NCBI GenBank assembly: GCA_951406725.2
Contig: OX597820.1
Location: 33,356,001-33,420,000 of the forward strand
DNA length: 64,000 bases
Direction of reading: 5' to 3'
Origin: Octopus vulgaris
Lineage: Eukaryota
In this document: piece after piece, positions 15,902-28,622 of the stretch
Layout of the letters: every line of letters starts with the position of its first letter
How positions within the stretch are numbered: the first letter of the stretch is position 1
Program-made: the position numbers and the translations under genes
Notes under the pieces: model-generated
The model's input: the letters and a program-made list of their open reading frames with translations, nothing else
The model's database searches: none
What the model was told of the DNA's origin: nothing

Positions 15902-16290
15902 AGGAGTGGCTGTGTGGTAAGTAGCTTGCTTACCAACCACATGGTTCCGGGTTCAGTCCCACTGTGTGGCACCTTGGACAATGTGTCTTCTACTATAGCC
16001 TCGGGCCGACCAAAGCCTTGTGAGTGGATTTGGTAGACGGAAACTGAAAGTCGTATATGTGTATATATGTGTGTTTGTGCTTGTGTGTCTGTGTTTGTCC
16101 CACAAACATCGCTTGACAACCGATGCTGGTGTGTTTACGTCCCCGTAACTTAGCGGTTCGGCAAAAGAGACCGACAGAATAAGTACTAGACTTACAAAGA
16201 ATAAGTCCTGGGATCGATTTGCTCGACTAGAGGCGGTGCTCCAGCATGGCCACAGTCAAATGACTGAAACAAGTAAGAGAGAGAGAGTAA
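15902..16290 (+). mobile_element. Family A CORE-type SINE, near full length
   Basis: tRNA-like head GGCTGTGTGGTAAG..GGTTCAGTCCC, CORE-like GCACCTTGG, tail AAATGACTGAAACAAGTAA. Confidence 0.9.
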
Positions 16291-16685
16291 AGAGTATACT
16301 TTTTTATATTTAGATGAGATATTGTTTTCTTTTTCTTTTATGCAAAATGTCAAATTTAGCGCGAACACCCTGTATTTATGCGCGCATGCGTATATATATA
16401 AGTGTGTGTGTGCGTGTGCGCGCGCGTGTGTGTGTGTGTACTACAAACCACTCAACCCCATTACACGCCACTACTAGAGGTACCGTCAAAATGACAACAA
16501 CCACTACTATTACTGCTACCACCACCATTGCTACCACCGCCAACGCCATAGTTGTTATTACCATCAGCACCACTTACCATCAACGCTACCACCACCACCA
16601 CACTACCATACTACCACAACTACTACCACTATCATTAAAAACACCACTGCCAGAGCTCCTGTTGCCACCATCAACAACACCAGTG

Positions 16686-16828
16686 AGGAGAAGAAGAAGA
16701 AGAAGAATAAGAAGAAGAAGAAGAACAACAACAACAACAAAAACAACAAGCAGAAGAAGGAGAAGAAGGAGGAGGAGGAGGAGGAGAAGAAGAAGAAGAA
16801 GAAGAAGAAGAAGAAGAAGAAGAAGAAG

Positions 16829-16866
<38 letters not shown>

Positions 16867-17125
16867 AGACAACAAGCAGAAGAAGGAGAAGGAGGAGGAG
16901 GAGGAGAAGAAGAAGAAGAAGAAGAAGAAGAAGAAGAAGAAGAAGAAGGACAACAACAACAACAAAAACAACAAGCAGAAGAAGGAGAAGAAGGATTAGG
17001 AGGAGGAGGAGGAGGAGGAGGAGAAGAAGAAGAAGAAGAAGAAGAAGAAGAAGAAGAAGAAGAAGAAGAAGAAGAAGAAGAAGAAGAAGAGCAACAACAA
17101 CAACAACAACAACAGCAACAACATC
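16686..17125. repeat. Compound trinucleotide repeat (GAA/GGA/ACA) with a three-fold higher-order structure
   Basis: The block (ACA)n-AGCAGAAGAAGGAGAAG-(GGA)n-(GAA)n recurs three times. Confidence 0.9.
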
Positions 17126-17253
17126 AACATACGTAGTATCCAGAACAGATGTGTGGATATTTTTACAGTTTGCTTTTTATCTTCAGTTTAATTCCGTTTG
17201 TCTTGATGGAACATAAAACTTAGCAGCTACTTGACAATTGAATAACAAAAACT

Positions 17254-17295
<42 letters not shown>

Positions 17296-17868
17296 ATTCC
17301 CTCTCTCCTCTCTGTCCCTTTATGTATGTATGTATGTATGTATGTATGTATGTATGTATGTATGTATGTATGTATGTATGAATGTATGGATGGATGGATG
17401 GATGGATGGATGGATGGATGTTTGTATGTAATGTGCGCAGATAGATATACATATTACGTATATACAGATAAATACTCATATATGTATATGTGCATGTATC
17501 GTGCGTGCGTGTGTGTACGTATGTGTGTGTGCATGTGAGTGTGTATGTGTGTGTATATATATAAATTCACACTAGTATGCATAGATAGATAGATAGATAT
17601 ACATATGCACACAAATATATATATATATATATTTGCATGTGTGCGTATGAGGGTATATATATACATATGAATACATGTTTATACACACACACATATATAT
17701 ATATACACACACACATATAGATATACAGGCACACATACCCCACACACACATATACACACATGCATGCATACATATATATACATTACTTCCACTTTCGTCA
17801 TTTTGTCGCCGCATGTGTATCGTTGGCGATTTTCTTTCTCCGTCTTCCCTTCTCTGGACTTTTTCTAT

Positions 17869-17904
17869 ATTTCTGACGAAGAGATTCCGGTCGAAACGTA
17901 AAAT
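17869..17904 (+). ncRNA. Minimal type I hammerhead ribozyme-like motif
   Basis: ATTT-CTGACGA-AGAGATTCCGGTC-GAAA-CGTA-AAAT: canonical CUGANGA and GAAA cores, stem I ATTT/AAAT, weak stem II, palindromic ACGT in place of stem III. Confidence 0.5.
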
Positions 17905-18511
17905 CTTCTGTCTTTTCTTTCCTTTCCTGAGCGTCCAATAATACTGTACTTATTCCATCTCCTCGCCTTGTTGTTTTTCGTTGTTTTTTCTTGCTTGTTC
18001 ATGTTTGGATTAATCATACATTCAGACATACATTCATACATACATACATACATACATACATACATACATACATACATACATACATACATACATACATACA
18101 TAAGTACTTACGTACGTACGTACATGCATACATAAATATATACATACATAAATATATACATATGAATACATGTTTATGTGTATGTGTGTATGCGTGTGCA
18201 TGTGTGTTTATGCATGTGTCTGCGTTTGCACTCGCGCTTTATCTGGAGATTGTATAGGAACCATCATCTAGAATCAAACAACATCGAAGAGCATAAAGTC
18301 AGAATCTACAGGGCGGGCATTGTTAGAGAGCTAATGACGAAATTGTTAGTGAAAGTTCTTTATGAGACCTTATACAAAGAAGAGCTAGCAGTGGACGACA
18401 AGCCAAGATTTGTATCAAGCAGATTTGTGATGACATAAACTGAAATCCCACTGACCTTCCGAACACGCTATGTTTAAGATAGCGTATTTTACCTTGTGTC
18501 ATATATTTGTG

Positions 18512-18564
<53 letters not shown>

Positions 18565-19096
18565 GAATGTAGTAATTAAGAATGAGCAGAAAAGTCTTTG
18601 CAACTGCTATGGAGTAGCTGAAATATTTGCAGAGTTTCATTGCTGCCTCTTTGTATCTATGGCAAACTACACTATTAATAGTCCTCATATCTTCAAATGA
18701 TGTAGGTCCGGGAATATGATTTAGTAAAGCTCTCAGATAGAATTGCTCTTGCTTCTTTAGTGAAAGTAGATACCCCCAATTGAGTGTGTATTATTTTTTC
18801 TGAGTTGCCACATTTTCTCACAAAGTGTAAAATTCAGGGAAATTGAGTTATCTGGTGATTCCCGGTTAACTCGCATTCATTCAGTGAGAGTGGACCTGTC
18901 ATGTGTGTGGATAACATGTTCAATATCATCATCGTCATTAAAGTAAATGTATTGTTAGGATAAATGAACTGTAAACTGTTTGACTGCAGGATATGGACCA
19001 TGTAATTTTAACCCTAAAATCCTTCAGACTGCCTCTGGTGAGGATACATAGCGGCCATTGATATAATTTTCAATTTTATCTTTGTGAGTTTGTCGT

Positions 19097-19325
19097 GCGA
19101 GCTGGCAGAAACGTTAACACGCCGGGCGAAATGCTTTGTGGTATTTCGTTCGCCGCTGCGTTCTGAGTTCAAATTCCGCCGAGGTCGACTTTGCCTTTCA
19201 TCCTTTCGGGGTCGATTAAATAAGTACCAGTTACGCACTGGGGTCGATATTATCGACTTAATCCGTTTGTCCGTCCTTGTTTGTCCTCTCTGTGTTTAGC
19301 CCCTTGTGGGTAGTAAAGAAATAGG
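19097..19325 (+). mobile_element. Family B SINE
   Basis: Very similar to the 11086 copy. Confidence 0.85.
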
Positions 19326-19565
19326 TTTGTCCACTAGTATTGACTATCACCCGATCATGACCTTTATAAATGTATTTGCTGATATAATTAACTGTTATTA
19401 TTGATGCACATATCTCTACATTACAATGACCTCCATATTTGACTAAAAAGAAGGGGTAATATGGTACGATTATCTGAACGATTATCTAATTCAACATTAG
19501 ACTTTGTAAATGTAAAAACCATTATTTCGACGTCGGTAAAGTGGATAGTCATTATAACTGTAATG

Positions 19566-19808
19566 TAAGGGGTTTAGAATTACGGCGTATCCTTAGACCC
19601 CAAACGTTGCTGACCTAAGACCTCTTCAAAATATGGAGGGAGAAATGCCTCCCAATAAAAGTAAACACTAAGTGATTATCTCCCTTCGCCATTGGTTATC
19701 AAGTTTCGGCCGCTTTTATAGAGAGGCATTTCCCACTTCATATTTTGAAGAGGTCTTAGGTTAGCAGTGTTTGGGGTCTGAGGATACGCCGTAAGTCTAA
19801 GCCCCTTA
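19566..19808. mobile_element. Foldback MITE with ~95-bp imperfect terminal inverted repeats
   Basis: TAAGGGGTTTAGAATTACGGCGTATCCTTAGACCCCAAAC...CTCTTCAAAATATG pairs with CATATTTTGAAGAG...GTTTGGGGTCTGAGGATACGCCGTAAGTCTAAGCCCCTTA. Confidence 0.8.
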
Positions 19809-19968
19809 TGAACGAGAAACCCAGGGTAACCCTATAAACCGGTCCCCATTACGATATTAACTGCTCTACATCTTAGAGTTTACTTCTCCCCCGAATTTAT
19901 ATATTTCTACAAACGATATATGTATATATATGTGTGCGTGTGTGTGTATGTGTGTGTGTATGTGTGTG

Positions 19969-20008
<40 letters not shown>

Positions 20009-20038
20009 AATAAGATATATATATGCATATATACACAC

Positions 20039-20071
<33 letters not shown>

Positions 20072-20549
20072 TATATACACGCGCACATGCACACACACAT
20101 ACACACACACACCTACTTACATCACAGGAAACACGTGTGGCTCTAGAGTGTTTCAGATGTTGGTCAGTTACTGTAAATACCATGAAGTGCTATATAAGAG
20201 TTATAACAATATGATCTACAGCGACAACTACACAAGCACACACACACACACACACTAACACATATACATACTACAACACTCACACACACTACAACACACA
20301 CAACACACTATCACACCCATCCACCCACCCACACACACACACACACATACACACACAAACAACAAAAACAGCAGCAGCTGCCGCCGACCCAACCAAAGTG
20401 CCTCAACGTGGTCACTCGACTGCCTAGAAATAACAGCGTTAATGCACTCTCGACAACCACACAAACGCCCTCACACACACACGCACACACACACACACGC
20501 ACGCACACACACACGCACGCACAAACACACACGCCCTCACACACACACG

Positions 20550-20586
<37 letters not shown>

Positions 20587-20794
20587 ACACATGCAAGTGT
20601 GTGTTTATGTGTGTCTGTGCTTGTCCCTAACCGCCGCTTGACAACCGATGTTGGTGTATTTACGTCTCCGTAATCAGCGGTTAGAATAAGCAACAGGCTT
20701 GAAAGAACCTAAGTACTGGTGCCAAGAGAAATTCTCCAAGGAGATGCCCCAGCATGGCTGCAGTCTAATTTAATCAAAAATGTTAAAGATAAAT

Positions 20795-21195
20795 AGGCGT
20801 AGGAGTGGCTGTGTGGTAAGTAGCTCGCTTACCGACCACATGGTTCCGGGTTCAGTCCCACTGCGTGGCACCTCGGACAATGTGTCTTCTACTATAACCT
20901 CGGGCCAACCAAACCCTTGTGAGTGGATTCGGTAGACGGAAACTGAAAGCCCGTCGTATATATGTATATACATATGTATATGTGCGTGTGTATATGTTTG
21001 TGTGTCTCTGTTTGTCCCCCCCCCCCCCAAACATCGCTTGACAACCGATGCTGGTGTGTTTACGTCCCCGTAACTTAGCGGTTTGGCAAAAGACCGATAC
21101 AATAAGTACTAGGCTTACAAAGATTAAGTCCTGGGGTCGATTTGCTCGACTAAGGCCACAGTCACATGACAAACAAGTAAAATAATAAAAGAATA
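20795..21195 (+). mobile_element. Family A CORE-type SINE
   Basis: Matches the 15902 copy. Confidence 0.9.
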
Positions 21196-21317
21196 AAAGA
21201 ATAAATGATATATACGTGTGTGGTGGGGTGTATTATCTATATTTCTCACCCTTCCTCTGCCTCTCTTTCTCTCTCTCTTTCTCTTTCTCTCCCTCTCTCT
21301 CTCTCTCTCTTTCTCTT

Positions 21318-21385
<68 letters not shown>

Positions 21386-21429
21386 CATCGTGACTTGCAA
21401 ATATAAATTCCCAAAACAAACAGACTGGC

Positions 21430-21800
21430 CCTGGCTTGAGGTGTATCACGAAAAGCCTGGTTGGAGGCCCAACCTTTCAAGTTCTTTTACAAAGCTTAGA
21501 AAACCTGAAGGACCGCTGCAATGTATGAAGTTGAGAGGGGAATACGTTGAATGAAATCGTGATCTTCCTGTATTTTCTTTTTCTTTTATTTAAAGTCAGG
21601 ACCTTTTCAGCACCCCTTTGTACATAGCTCAGCTCTAGGAGAATCGTTAGAAACCCGGTTTTAAAAAATTACTTTAGAAAAACTGAAGTACCGCTGCAAT
21701 AAAATTATGAATCTGAGAGGCGAATATGTCAAATAAAATCATAATTAATTGATCCTCCTGTATTTTCTTTTACTCAAAGCCAGGAACTTTTCAACACTGC
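21430..21800 (+). mobile_element. Two partial mariner-derived MITE copies
   Basis: They share CCTGTATTTTCTTTT...CAGGAC/ACTTTTCA with the complete copy at 29317-29497. Confidence 0.65.
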
Positions 21801-22119
21801 TTCAGGAAATTAACGTGAAAGTGGCTGAGCACCCCACAGTCACAAGTATCTGGGAGATTCAGAGTGACACAATGTAATAAGGCTAGCCCTTTGAATTGCA
21901 GGTACAACTCATTATTGCCAGCTGTGTGGAGTAGAGCAACGTGAAATAAAGTGTTTCACTCAAGTGACACAACGCACTTCTTTACTACACTATACAACAG
22001 GCTTTTGTCTGTTTCCGTCTACCAAATTCACTCACAAGGCTTTGGTTGGCTCGGGCTAGAGTAGAAGACACTTGTTCAAAGTAGGACTGACCCTGAGCCA
22101 TGTGGATGTGAAGCAAACT

Positions 22120-22540
22120 TCCTATTTCATTATTGCCCACAAGGGGCTAAACATAGAGGGGACAAACAAGGACAGACAAACGGATTAAGTCAATTATATC
22201 GACCCCAGTACACAACTGGTACTTAATTTATCGACTCCGAAAGGATGAAAGGTAAAGTCGACCACGGCGGAATTTGAACTCAGAACGTAGCGGCAGACGA
22301 AATACCTATTTCTTTATTACCCACAAGGGGCTAAACATAGAGGGGGCAAACAAGGACAGACATAGGTATTAAGTCGATTACATCGACCCCAGTGCGTAAC
22401 TGGTACTTAATTTATCGACCCCGAAAGGATGAAAGGCAAAGTCGACCTCGGCGGAATTTGAACTCACAACGTAACGGCAGACGAAATACTGCAAAGCATT
22501 TCGCCCAGCGTGTTAACGTTTCTGCCAGCTCGCCACCTTT
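22120..22540 (-). mobile_element. Family B SINE with duplicated internal module
   Basis: Two tandem Nin-plus-tail modules and one head on the minus strand. Confidence 0.85.
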
Positions 22541-22559
22541 CGAAAGAGTCAGCAGAAGT

Positions 22560-22700
22560 TTGCCATTACCTTTTGTCGGAGCCGCGTGGAGCTTAGGTGT
22601 TTCGCTCATAAACACACACATCGCCCGGTCTGAGATTTGAACCCGCGATCCTTCGACCGCGTGTCCACTGCTCTAACCATTAGGCCATGTGCCTCCAACA
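22560..22700 (-). mobile_element. Family C tRNA-derived SINE 5' part
   Basis: Reverse complement of GAGGC..ATGGCCTA.TGGTTAG...GAGCGAAACACCTAAGCTCCACG, as at 26330. Confidence 0.75.
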
Positions 22701-23128
22701 TCGAAGTAAAGTTCTTACCCCACAGCTACGCCTGCGGCTATAAATAGATAAATATATTTTTTTTAAAAGTAAGAATAGTAGAGGAGCTTTCAATTCTTGA
22801 GCATCCTACATTAAATTGCCCATTAACAAAGCAGAAATTTTCAAACTGCTGTCCAATAATTTTCAAGGCTTGCCCTTAGAATTCATTGACTGGCGTGAAA
22901 ATAGGTATTCTGGAAGCTGAAGTCTCTTAAATTGAAATTATACATAAATTGACAAGAGTGAAATTTTTAATGTAACTGCATCGCCTCCTTTGGCGCACCA
23001 GGTCAGAACTGTAGTGTCGATAACATGTATAGCACTGGCTTCTTAATTCTTAATCTGGTGTCATTGTATAATCGCAGCTGATCTATATTCCGGAGCTGCA
23101 TTGTTGGATATTCTAATTTTTTATCAAT

Positions 23129-23167
<39 letters not shown>

Positions 23168-23539
23168 TTGCTGAAGACTGTATGGCAGATTTGTAGGTAA
23201 GGCATAATCTGTAGGTACGATAAATTTATTAACACAACTACGTTTATTGAATGGTAACTATGACTATTTCCTGGAAGAGTCCAGAACAGCTACCATTTGA
23301 TGTTGTAGAGCCAAACATTGATTAGCACACTATCAGTTGTGCGTTATTTAATGATGTTACAGATTGAAGAACATTGTCCATATCCATTAATCTGTTGTCT
23401 TCAATACAGCGTTTATAGAGCTGGACTTACAGTTCCATCACGGCCTTCTCCAAACTGTGACAAAACTGTTGACAAAATGGCCATATTAGTTCACTCACTA
23501 AAAGCTGACTCTCAACGTAGGCTGATTAACGCAACAATA

Positions 23540-23920
23540 AATTCGCTTTTAGTTGCATTAATCATCTTTCATTTAAAGTCAGCTTAGAAATTAGATTCTT
23601 TAAAGTAATCGGAGATGGATGGTTAGGAGCTTATTATATAATTCTATCATCTGTCTTAAGGACCGAAGCAAATTGCTTTGCTTCTTTGTTAATACGGTTA
23701 TATATGCTACGATTAACTATTTTATAAAGTCGTTGTGCTAGCACTAGAAAGGGGTTGTTTAAAAATTTGAAGAAGTTTTTCTCAACCACTTAAATTACTT
23801 TTTATTTTATCGGAAGAAACATGCAATTTTCTAGAATTACGAAATGCGTTAAGTTATTCATTAAAGATATTAGACTAATTTTTTAAACTTTACCTTCTTT
23901 ATCATATTCAGTAGACCGAA
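23540..23920 (-). mobile_element. Highly decayed Penelope-like element ORF fragment (region N-terminal to RT)
   Basis: Minus-strand pieces LLNMIKKVKFK, RNSRKLHVSSDK, YNRINKEAKQFASVLKTDDRI, ITLK and INATKSE occur in the order I recall from marine-invertebrate PLE proteins. Many stops and frameshifts. Confidence 0.5.
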
Positions 23921-24379
23921 TTAAGTAGAATGAACAATGCCGTATTTTAATGAAATTAATGATGAAATATACAATTTATTAACCTTCCTCTCTCAGAAAG
24001 AAGTTCTTCACTAAGAGATTGGCTGACAATTTATAAGACAAACTTGATTGTAAATTCGCATTATTTGACATCATTGAATTTTAATACCCTTCTAAGAAAA
24101 GCTTCAAATTTTAGCCATAGATATGCCATCGCCATGCCAGAATAATCTTTTTAATTTTTCGCTGTTTCTTTCTGAATAAGGCGTAATGGTTCGGAGTTTT
24201 TGATGTTCTTATCGGTTGCTTTGATGTAAGCTAAAGCTTGCAGTCGTATAGGAGTCTTGTTTTAGAGAGCCTCCTATTTGAATTTGAGTTTATAGAATTC
24301 AGATTATACGGGAACGGTCGTCTAATATAAACTCATAACAAAAATGGCCACTAATTTCACACACACACGTGTGTATATT

Positions 24380-24715
24380 TGATGGATTCTCTCGTCGTGA
24401 ACGACAAATGAGGGACCACTAAAATAAAGCGGTAATCATGTTCTCTGGACACGCTTGTGTCTCCTGAGGCCTACTGGTGCCTTGCAAACCTTTTGGCAAA
24501 TGGAACAAATTGGGGACTCAGTTTGCTCGAGTACTTGTGGATCATTTACTAAGTGTTTTCTTGTGTGGACGGCAAGGCCTGCTTTGCTCTGTGCCACAAA
24601 ACCACAATGACAAGTAAAGTGTTCATTTAGAGGAGCGGTGTTTTGCCAGCATGATTTCATGCTTGCACGAAGTTGGTCGCGATGTTGGATTCAACTTTGC
24701 TCAAATCTTTGAACT
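24380..24715 (-). mobile_element. RTE-type LINE 3' end with two C-terminal zinc-finger-like motifs
   Basis: Reads FTCHCGFVAQSKAGLAVHTRKH and PICSICQKVCKAPVGLRRHKRV, then a short 3' UTR running into a microsatellite. Confidence 0.55.
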
Positions 24716-25215
24716 GAGATGGGCTTCTTTTCAGCTTCCGTCTACAAATCACTCAAAAAGTTTTGGTGGCCCCGAGGGTAACGTAGAAGGCACCCGCCCA
24801 AAGTGTCTCACGGTGGAACTGAACCCAAGACCGTATGACTGGGAAGCAAGCTTCTTACACTCACAGCCACGCCTGCATCTATGTCATACTTGCGTCTACT
24901 CGATAGTAATCCTCTGCATAGTGAATTCAAATTTGAAACACATGTCACTCCAATTTTGAACAAACGGTTCTTTCAATGAATGGGATCAGAAGAATAACCT
25001 GTTAGTTGACAAGACTGATGCTGTGGCATTAATGCTTCTGATGGTAATCAGAGAAAAAATCTCCCACGTTAAGCACGCGTCTGTTCACGCCGAATGATGG
25101 AGGAACGTGTATGTGCATGTGAAGCTGTTTATGTATGACTCTTTGCGTGCATGTATGCACATATGTGTGAATGTATGTATGTGTATATATACACACACAT
25201 ATACATACATACCTC

Positions 25216-25275
<60 letters not shown>

Positions 25276-25772
25276 TCGTTTTGTTTGTTCTGGTGTTATT
25301 TTAAAAATTTCTCACCAATAGAGAACGAGCCGGTTTTGCATCCAGACCGATATACATAAATATGAGATTCTCACTTGCCCTATATACAGTCTAGCAAAAC
25401 CATAGCCAAAATTAAATAGTGGGTCTATTGATAGAGACGTTGTTGCGTTTGCTTGTACTTTTCCCTGGGTATTCTACTTATATAATCAGGTAAGAACTTG
25501 TGTCCCGGCCAAAATTTTCATCCATGTATCCTTTGAGATAACTAGATCAAGGCTCTTTCTCAAGAAGTTCGTTGTTTTGCAAATATTTTCATACTCAACA
25601 GGGTCTTCTCTTTACTGTGATTCGGCGAAGCCTGTTCCCTTGAATGTGGTTTCGTTGGATGGTAAAAAAAGGGACTGTGGGAATGTACGTATGTATGTGT
25701 GTGTATGTATGTATGTATGTATGTATGTATGTATGTATGTATGTATGTATGTATGTATGTATGTATGTATGT

Positions 25773-25833
<61 letters not shown>

Positions 25834-26329
25834 CCACCGGACACTTAGTACACCATTAATATCTGGTTTGCGTCCGCTTGACTTAGAATTATTGTAACGT
25901 TGGTTATCACCTTTGTGTTTCCTTTTTGCCTTCTTCACAAGCGACTTTTGTTTAAAAACGTTATTGGCTCAAAATACAATTGACAGTCTAGCTTTCAGCT
26001 TGACAAAAGACGGAATAAGTTATTATTTCGACCAGGAAACCATGGGTAGCTGTAATTAAACGATTTGTGGTTTTTAATATATATTTTACTCTTACTCTTT
26101 TAGCTCAGTGCTCCGTAACCATTTTCTCACTTGCGGTACTCTTATATTCTTCTCAAAATTCCACGACACACCTGAACTAAAAATATAACAGGGAAAAATT
26201 TATATTCAGATTACACTGCGGCACACCTAGCATCGCCTCGTGGCACACCAGTGAGCGGCGGCATACCTGTCTTCTCTGATCAAGCGCTTTTCTACTTGTT
26301 AAAGTATTACCACATAATATTTACAATAT

Positions 26330-26575
26330 GAGGCGCAATGGCCTAGTGGTTAGGACAGCGGACTCGCGGTCGTAGGATCGCGGTTTCGATTCCCAGACCG
26401 GGCGTTGTGAGTGTTTATTGAGCGAAAACACCTAAAAGCTCCACGAGGCTCCGGCAGGGGGTGGTGATCCCTGCTGTACTCTTTCACCACTCTTTCTTCT
26501 GTTGGCCTGCTCGCGAACGCATTGTGACCAGCGATGTGTAACTACATCTGATGGACTGGTCGGTCACGTGATGAT
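26330..26575 (+). mobile_element. Family C tRNA-derived SINE (internally deleted)
   Basis: A-box TGGCCTAGTGG, B-box TTCGATTCC; homologous to 39971-40275. Confidence 0.8.
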
Positions 26576-26914
26576 GGTGATGGTGATTTATAATATAATA
26601 TATATTGTTATACGTAACGCAAAAACACTACAGAATGCGAATGTCAATAAAATAGAAATAAGATTTTACAATTAATTTTTTTTCTATGCGTTCCGGTACT
26701 GAATGATCCACGGTCCGGTACTGGTTTGCGGCCCAGATTTGGGGGACCCCCGTGAGAGACAGCTGATTCGACCCTTACAGCACATTCTTTCTATATTGCT
26801 GTTCCAGGTTTTTATACTTGGTCTATTACGTTTACGTTTCACAAGAACATTGCATCAACAGTCTTCTACGCACGTATGTATGTATGTATGTATGTATGTA
26901 TGTATGTATGTATG

Positions 26915-26945
<31 letters not shown>

Positions 26946-27041
26946 CGGGAAGGTTTACGAAAATAAACAAAAGACGAAGGCAGGTGGAGTACAAACAAAC
27001 AAATGTATTAGTATGGCGCTCAGGAATAGAAATAGAACAAG

Positions 27042-27079
27042 TCTTTTACGTTTCGAGCCTACGCTCTTCGACAGAAAGA
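27042..27079 (-). ncRNA. Minimal type I hammerhead ribozyme-like motif (core variant CUGUCGA)
   Basis: Minus strand TCTTT-CTGTCGA-A-GAGC-GTAG-GCTC-GAAA-CGTA-AAAGA: 5-bp stem I and perfect 4-bp stem II, with U in place of the conserved A6. Confidence 0.5.
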
Positions 27080-27180
27080 TAACACAGAAAAAAAAAACAA
27101 GGAGAGAAACAAGGAGAGAAAAAAATGCGTGTAGGAGCTAACGATGTATGTATGTATGAATGCATGTATGCATGTGTGTA

Positions 27181-27226
<46 letters not shown>

Positions 27227-27973
27227 AAAGAGAGAGAGAGAGAGATGTGTTGGAGATCGTTTTCCTGGCTACGTGGTTGAAATTCGAAACCAAATCCTCA
27301 TTTCGGTTGCTTGTCAGACGAATGCCTGGTCCTTTGTTTCTTCTCTCTGTGCTGAGAAATTAATGAGAATAATATGACTTATGTATGTATGTATGTATGT
27401 ATGTATGTATGTATGTATGTATGTATGTATGTATGTATGTATGTATGTATGTATGTATGTATGTATGTATGTATGTATGTATGTCATGTGATGTGACATA
27501 CATAATGCTGGTCCTACTGGTAACATATAACCCAACTAGACCCGTTGTAATGTCGGACCATCGGCGACTAAGCAAGCAGCCTGACCAGGCCTGCTTGGTA
27601 AGAACGGTGGTTTTCGTTGGACACCCAGCAGGACGAAAAGCCGAACTTGTCAAAGGATGGACGAATCTACTGCCAACGGGCCATCCGATACCAGGGAGTA
27701 AGAGACCCCACTAGTCTTTGTTTAGACATCTGTCGAAGAGAAGGAAATTCCAAATTAACACCCGCTTCACAGCGAAGCCGGAGATTTTCTTCTACTTTGA
27801 CTCCGTTGGTGAGAGTCTTATCGGTATTGTGCAAACTGTTATTGACTTTACGTTGCAGCACGGGCTTTGCTGGCGGCCGTTGTCATTCATACTTTTAAGG
27901 TGCAAATGACATTTTCAAGGAGATCTGTCAGCGATGGGCATAATCGTCTGCAAGTTGACACCTGCCATATATG

Positions 27974-28007
<34 letters not shown>

Positions 28008-28577
28008 TGTATGTATGTATGTGTGTGTGGATGGATGGATGGATGGATGGATGGATGGACTGATGGATGGATGAATTTATTCATGAATGTATGTGTATAT
28101 ATGTATGCATGTATGTATGTATGCATGCGTGTATGCATGTACGTATGCATACGTGTATGTATGTATGTGTGCATATATGTATTCATGCATGTATGTATGT
28201 GTTCGTGCATGTATGCATGTACGCATGTATGCATGTACGCATGTATGCATGTACGCATGTATGCATGTACGCATGTATGCATGCATTTTTGTATGTATTC
28301 ATGTATGCATGCATGTTTCTATGTATGTACATATGTACAAATTTACGTATGTACATATGTACGCAAGTATGCATGTGTGTATGAATGCATGCATTTATGT
28401 ATGTATGTATGCATGTATGTATGTATGTGTTTATGTATACATACATATTCTATATATTGTGTATATACAGCTTGTGTATGTATACATGTGTGTACGAATG
28501 TGTGTGTGTGTGTGTGGGTGTGGATGAGTGTTTGTATGAAGAATAAACTCTCTCTCTCTCTCTCGCCCTCTCTCCCT

Positions 28578-28622
<45 letters not shown>

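Noticed and set aside
16314-17216. 300-aa poly-Arg/poly-Thr ORF that superficially resembles a cephalopod protamine
   Set aside because: It is an open frame through a (GAA)/(GGA)/(ACA) microsatellite that also crosses a TIR fragment and (TG)n. There is no codon diversity or Tyr/Ser protamine pattern.
24436-24660. Possible host C2H2 zinc-finger gene exon
   Set aside because: No TGEKP linkers, the last His is lost, and the position before a short tail fits an RTE LINE C-terminus.
26330-26405. Possible tRNA gene
   Set aside because: It is a SINE head: it continues into a family body, occurs in several copies and lacks a clean acceptor stem. The same applies to the other A/B-box heads.
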